A stretch of DNA of 64,000 nt from the human T2T-CHM13v2.0 reference genome, Homo sapiens, in contig CP068257.2 in NCBI GenBank assembly GCA_009914755.4, positions 14,336,001-14,400,000 on the forward strand, in the 5' to 3' direction. Position 1 is the stretch's first letter. The number at the start of each line of letters is the position of its first letter. The position numbers and the translations under genes were made by a program. Positions 61,564-64,000 of this stretch are shown piece by piece. A model generated the notes under the pieces. That model had not been told where the DNA came from. It saw only the letters and a list, made by a program, of their open reading frames with translations, and did not search any database.

Positions 61564-61581
61564 GGAGAGAGAGAGAGAGAA
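61564..61581. repeat. (GA)9 microsatellite.
   Basis: gagagagagagagagaga. Confidence 0.9.
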
Positions 61582-64000
61582 CTCTTATTTTAAAATAATT
61601 TCCTAACAAGAGAGCTTTTGTAAATACCAGCCTAAATTGTTATTAATGAGACTTTCTTATTTCCAAAAGCCTTCTGAAGAATGTTGTGGTGGTCATGGAT
61701 TCACAGGTCTCCATTTATAGAAAGCAGAGCTAACTAAGGCACGCAAAATGTGTTGCCATGTTTAGGATGAGGCCACACTTCCTATGTGTTGCTCCCAGCC
61801 AATGACTGAGCACAACAAGTCTACTAAGTCAGTCAGCTTCCCTGGAGAAAGGGGACTCTTTGATGGCCATTTTGCTTGAATTCTCCATTCTTAATCTGTG
61901 GTTGCTTTTTTCTCTTTTAGCTTACTATGGAAATGGAAAAGAACTGCTGCTTTGAAAGTTGATATTTAAGTAATTGGGAAAAATTTGAGAACATTTATCT
62001 TTGAAATCCTTTGAAACTATATTATCTAAGGATTTAGTGTTTTTATTTTTGTCAGTAAGTAAGGTCTATGTTTATGTTTTGGTGGGGAAATGCAGTAACA
62101 AGCAGACAGAAAATAACCCTTAATATTCCTCATTCTGAGTTACTGGCACAAGTAAATATTTCACATGCCATCCCTTTCATATAGATATATTAATTTGTGA
62201 GCTATATTAATTCTTGTTATGGTTAACATGACCCTATTTTCTCACCACTTCTGTCAAATTAATAAATATACCTGAAATTTAAATATTGTTCCCTCTATGT
62301 ATTACAGGTTTTTCCCATGATAGTGGGGTTGGAGGGTAAAAATAACCTGTCCTTATCTTTTAGCTAACCCAGGCACAACAGGAATACAACCTTTTACTAC
62401 AGATGTGGGATTGTTCATGTCATCTACTAATGCAAGGTACACAGCTTTTTGACGGCGTTGTTCTAAAAGCAGCTATTTCTATAGCTTTAAATTACATGCT
62501 TAAATTTATATTTTGCAACCTATTAATGTCAGAAGTAAGATAGTATTAATTTCCTCTACGGAATTCTAGATAATTAGCACACTTATATTTCCTCTTATCT
62601 TCCCCTCCTTCCTTCAATGTCATAAATTTTGTTAACATGCTTTAAAATTTGTGCCTCAGTTCGTCTAATTAAAATTATTATTTACCAACTGACTTTTATA
62701 TAGCATATGTCATTCAGTTATGTGAATATTGGCATTTTATATTATAATCATTTTAAATTTTTACCTTTAAAAATTAATTCAATACCTGGTTGCCACTGTA
62801 AATATTTCTTTTTATCACATGGTGAGGCAGACATAAAACATAAGGCATAAGAAATAGGTCATAGCTATTGAGAAGTATCTGCAATAAGTAGTTGATAAGG
62901 GGAACAGAGCTATGGGACCAGGCATGGGGTATATTAGAATTCTCCAAAGAAACAAACAAATAGGAGATACATATATTGAGAGATTTATTATGGGAATTGG
63001 TTCCTGTGATTGCATAGTCCAAGAAATCTCCAAAACTGTTGTTTGCAAGCTGGAGACCAGGAAAGCAGTGGTATAATTCAATCTCACACCAAAAGGCCAA
63101 GAACCAGGGGAGCAGATGGTATAAATCCCAGTTACAGTATGAAGGCCTGACAACCAGGTGGAGAGAAGTGGATGCTGGTGTAAATCCTGGAGTCTGAATT
63201 CCCAAAAACCAGGAGATTCAATGTCGGAGTTTAGGAGAAGATATATGTCCTAGTTCAAGGAGTGACAGGGAGAGAAAGAAAGAAAAAATAGAGAGAGAAT
63301 TCACCCATCTTCTGCCTTTTGTTCTAGTTAGGTCCTCAACAAATTGGATGATGTCTGGCTACATTGGAGAGAGTGGATTCTCTTTACTCGGTGCTAATGC
63401 TAAGCCCTTCCACAAACATCCTAACAGACTGACCCAAGAATAATGTCTTAGCCGTTACTTGAGCATCCCTCAGTGCAGTCTGAAAGATGTGTACCCCCTC
63501 CACACCTGCCAAACCCTTGGAAGGTTGGTGGGAAGGCTGGATGACTGTCTCTCCCAGGTCCTATGTAACATTCTTGTTTTATTCCTCCGAGTTTGTGAGG
63601 GGTATTAGCGGAATTTGATAAAATTATCTCCACTTATTTACCATAAAATTAAAGTACGTTCTTGCGAAAAGGAGTTGTGTTGCAGCTTATGTTTTGTCAG
63701 TTGGATTCAAATTGTGTTGTATCCGATAATTTTTTTTTAAGTTTGTGACATGTGGTTTTAATATTATACTTTCCTAAATCCAGGATTGAAGGAGTTTCCC
63801 TTTCTCTTCTAGCTTCTATTTGATCTTTTTGGTTCATTTTTAGCGTAGAGTTTGTAAGTCGGGTTCTTACATTTCTCTTATTCCCAGAATTTCATTTCAT
63901 GAATTGCGTGGACAACTTTCTGAAACTTTTGTAGCATGACATGTCTGGATAATGACTTAACTTACCTCAAATATCTTATTGGTGTTCTTATTTTATAATG

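Noticed and set aside
62774-63205. 143-aa and 112-aa overlapping minus-strand ORFs
   Set aside because: No recognisable domain or motif, no start context or splice signals, and the region is AT-rich unique sequence. Chance ORFs are expected at this length in 64 kb x 6 frames. Unconfirmed rather than disproved.

Overview
This is primate, almost certainly human, nuclear DNA. It is AT-rich and gene-poor, and interspersed repeats make up most of it. I find no convincing host protein-coding exon, no tRNA or rRNA gene, no CRISPR array and no operon-like organisation. The 'undescribed biological system' the task suggests is not supported by the sequence.

What is present:
- **ERV9/HERV-9 provirus, minus strand, nt 1-~5170.** A 3'-truncated class I endogenous retrovirus with an LTR12-type 5' LTR, a tRNA-His-like PBS, a leader, gag with a CCHC zinc knuckle, protease, RT, RNase H and the N-terminus of integrase. 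All of its ORFs are broken.
- **About 15 Alu elements** (AluY/S/J). Several have clean target-site duplications.
- **L1 elements.** A young 5'-truncated L1PA (34.1-36.0 kb) carrying a 387-aa ORF2 remnant, and two older L1 3'-end fragments.
- **MaLR solo LTRs.** One THE1-like and one MST/MLT-like; the latter is split by an Alu.
- **Simple repeats.** Several (CA)n/(GT)n microsatellites, a ~420-bp TA-rich block and a 34-bp minisatellite.

The most unusual structures are:
- a ~250-bp imperfect inverted repeat pair separated by ~330 bp (59.05-59.87 kb);
- a perfect 37-bp-arm palindrome sitting next to a 45-bp direct duplication of a segment from ~720 bp upstream (25.2/25.9 kb).

All family assignments come from reading the sequence against remembered consensus motifs. 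No database search was run.
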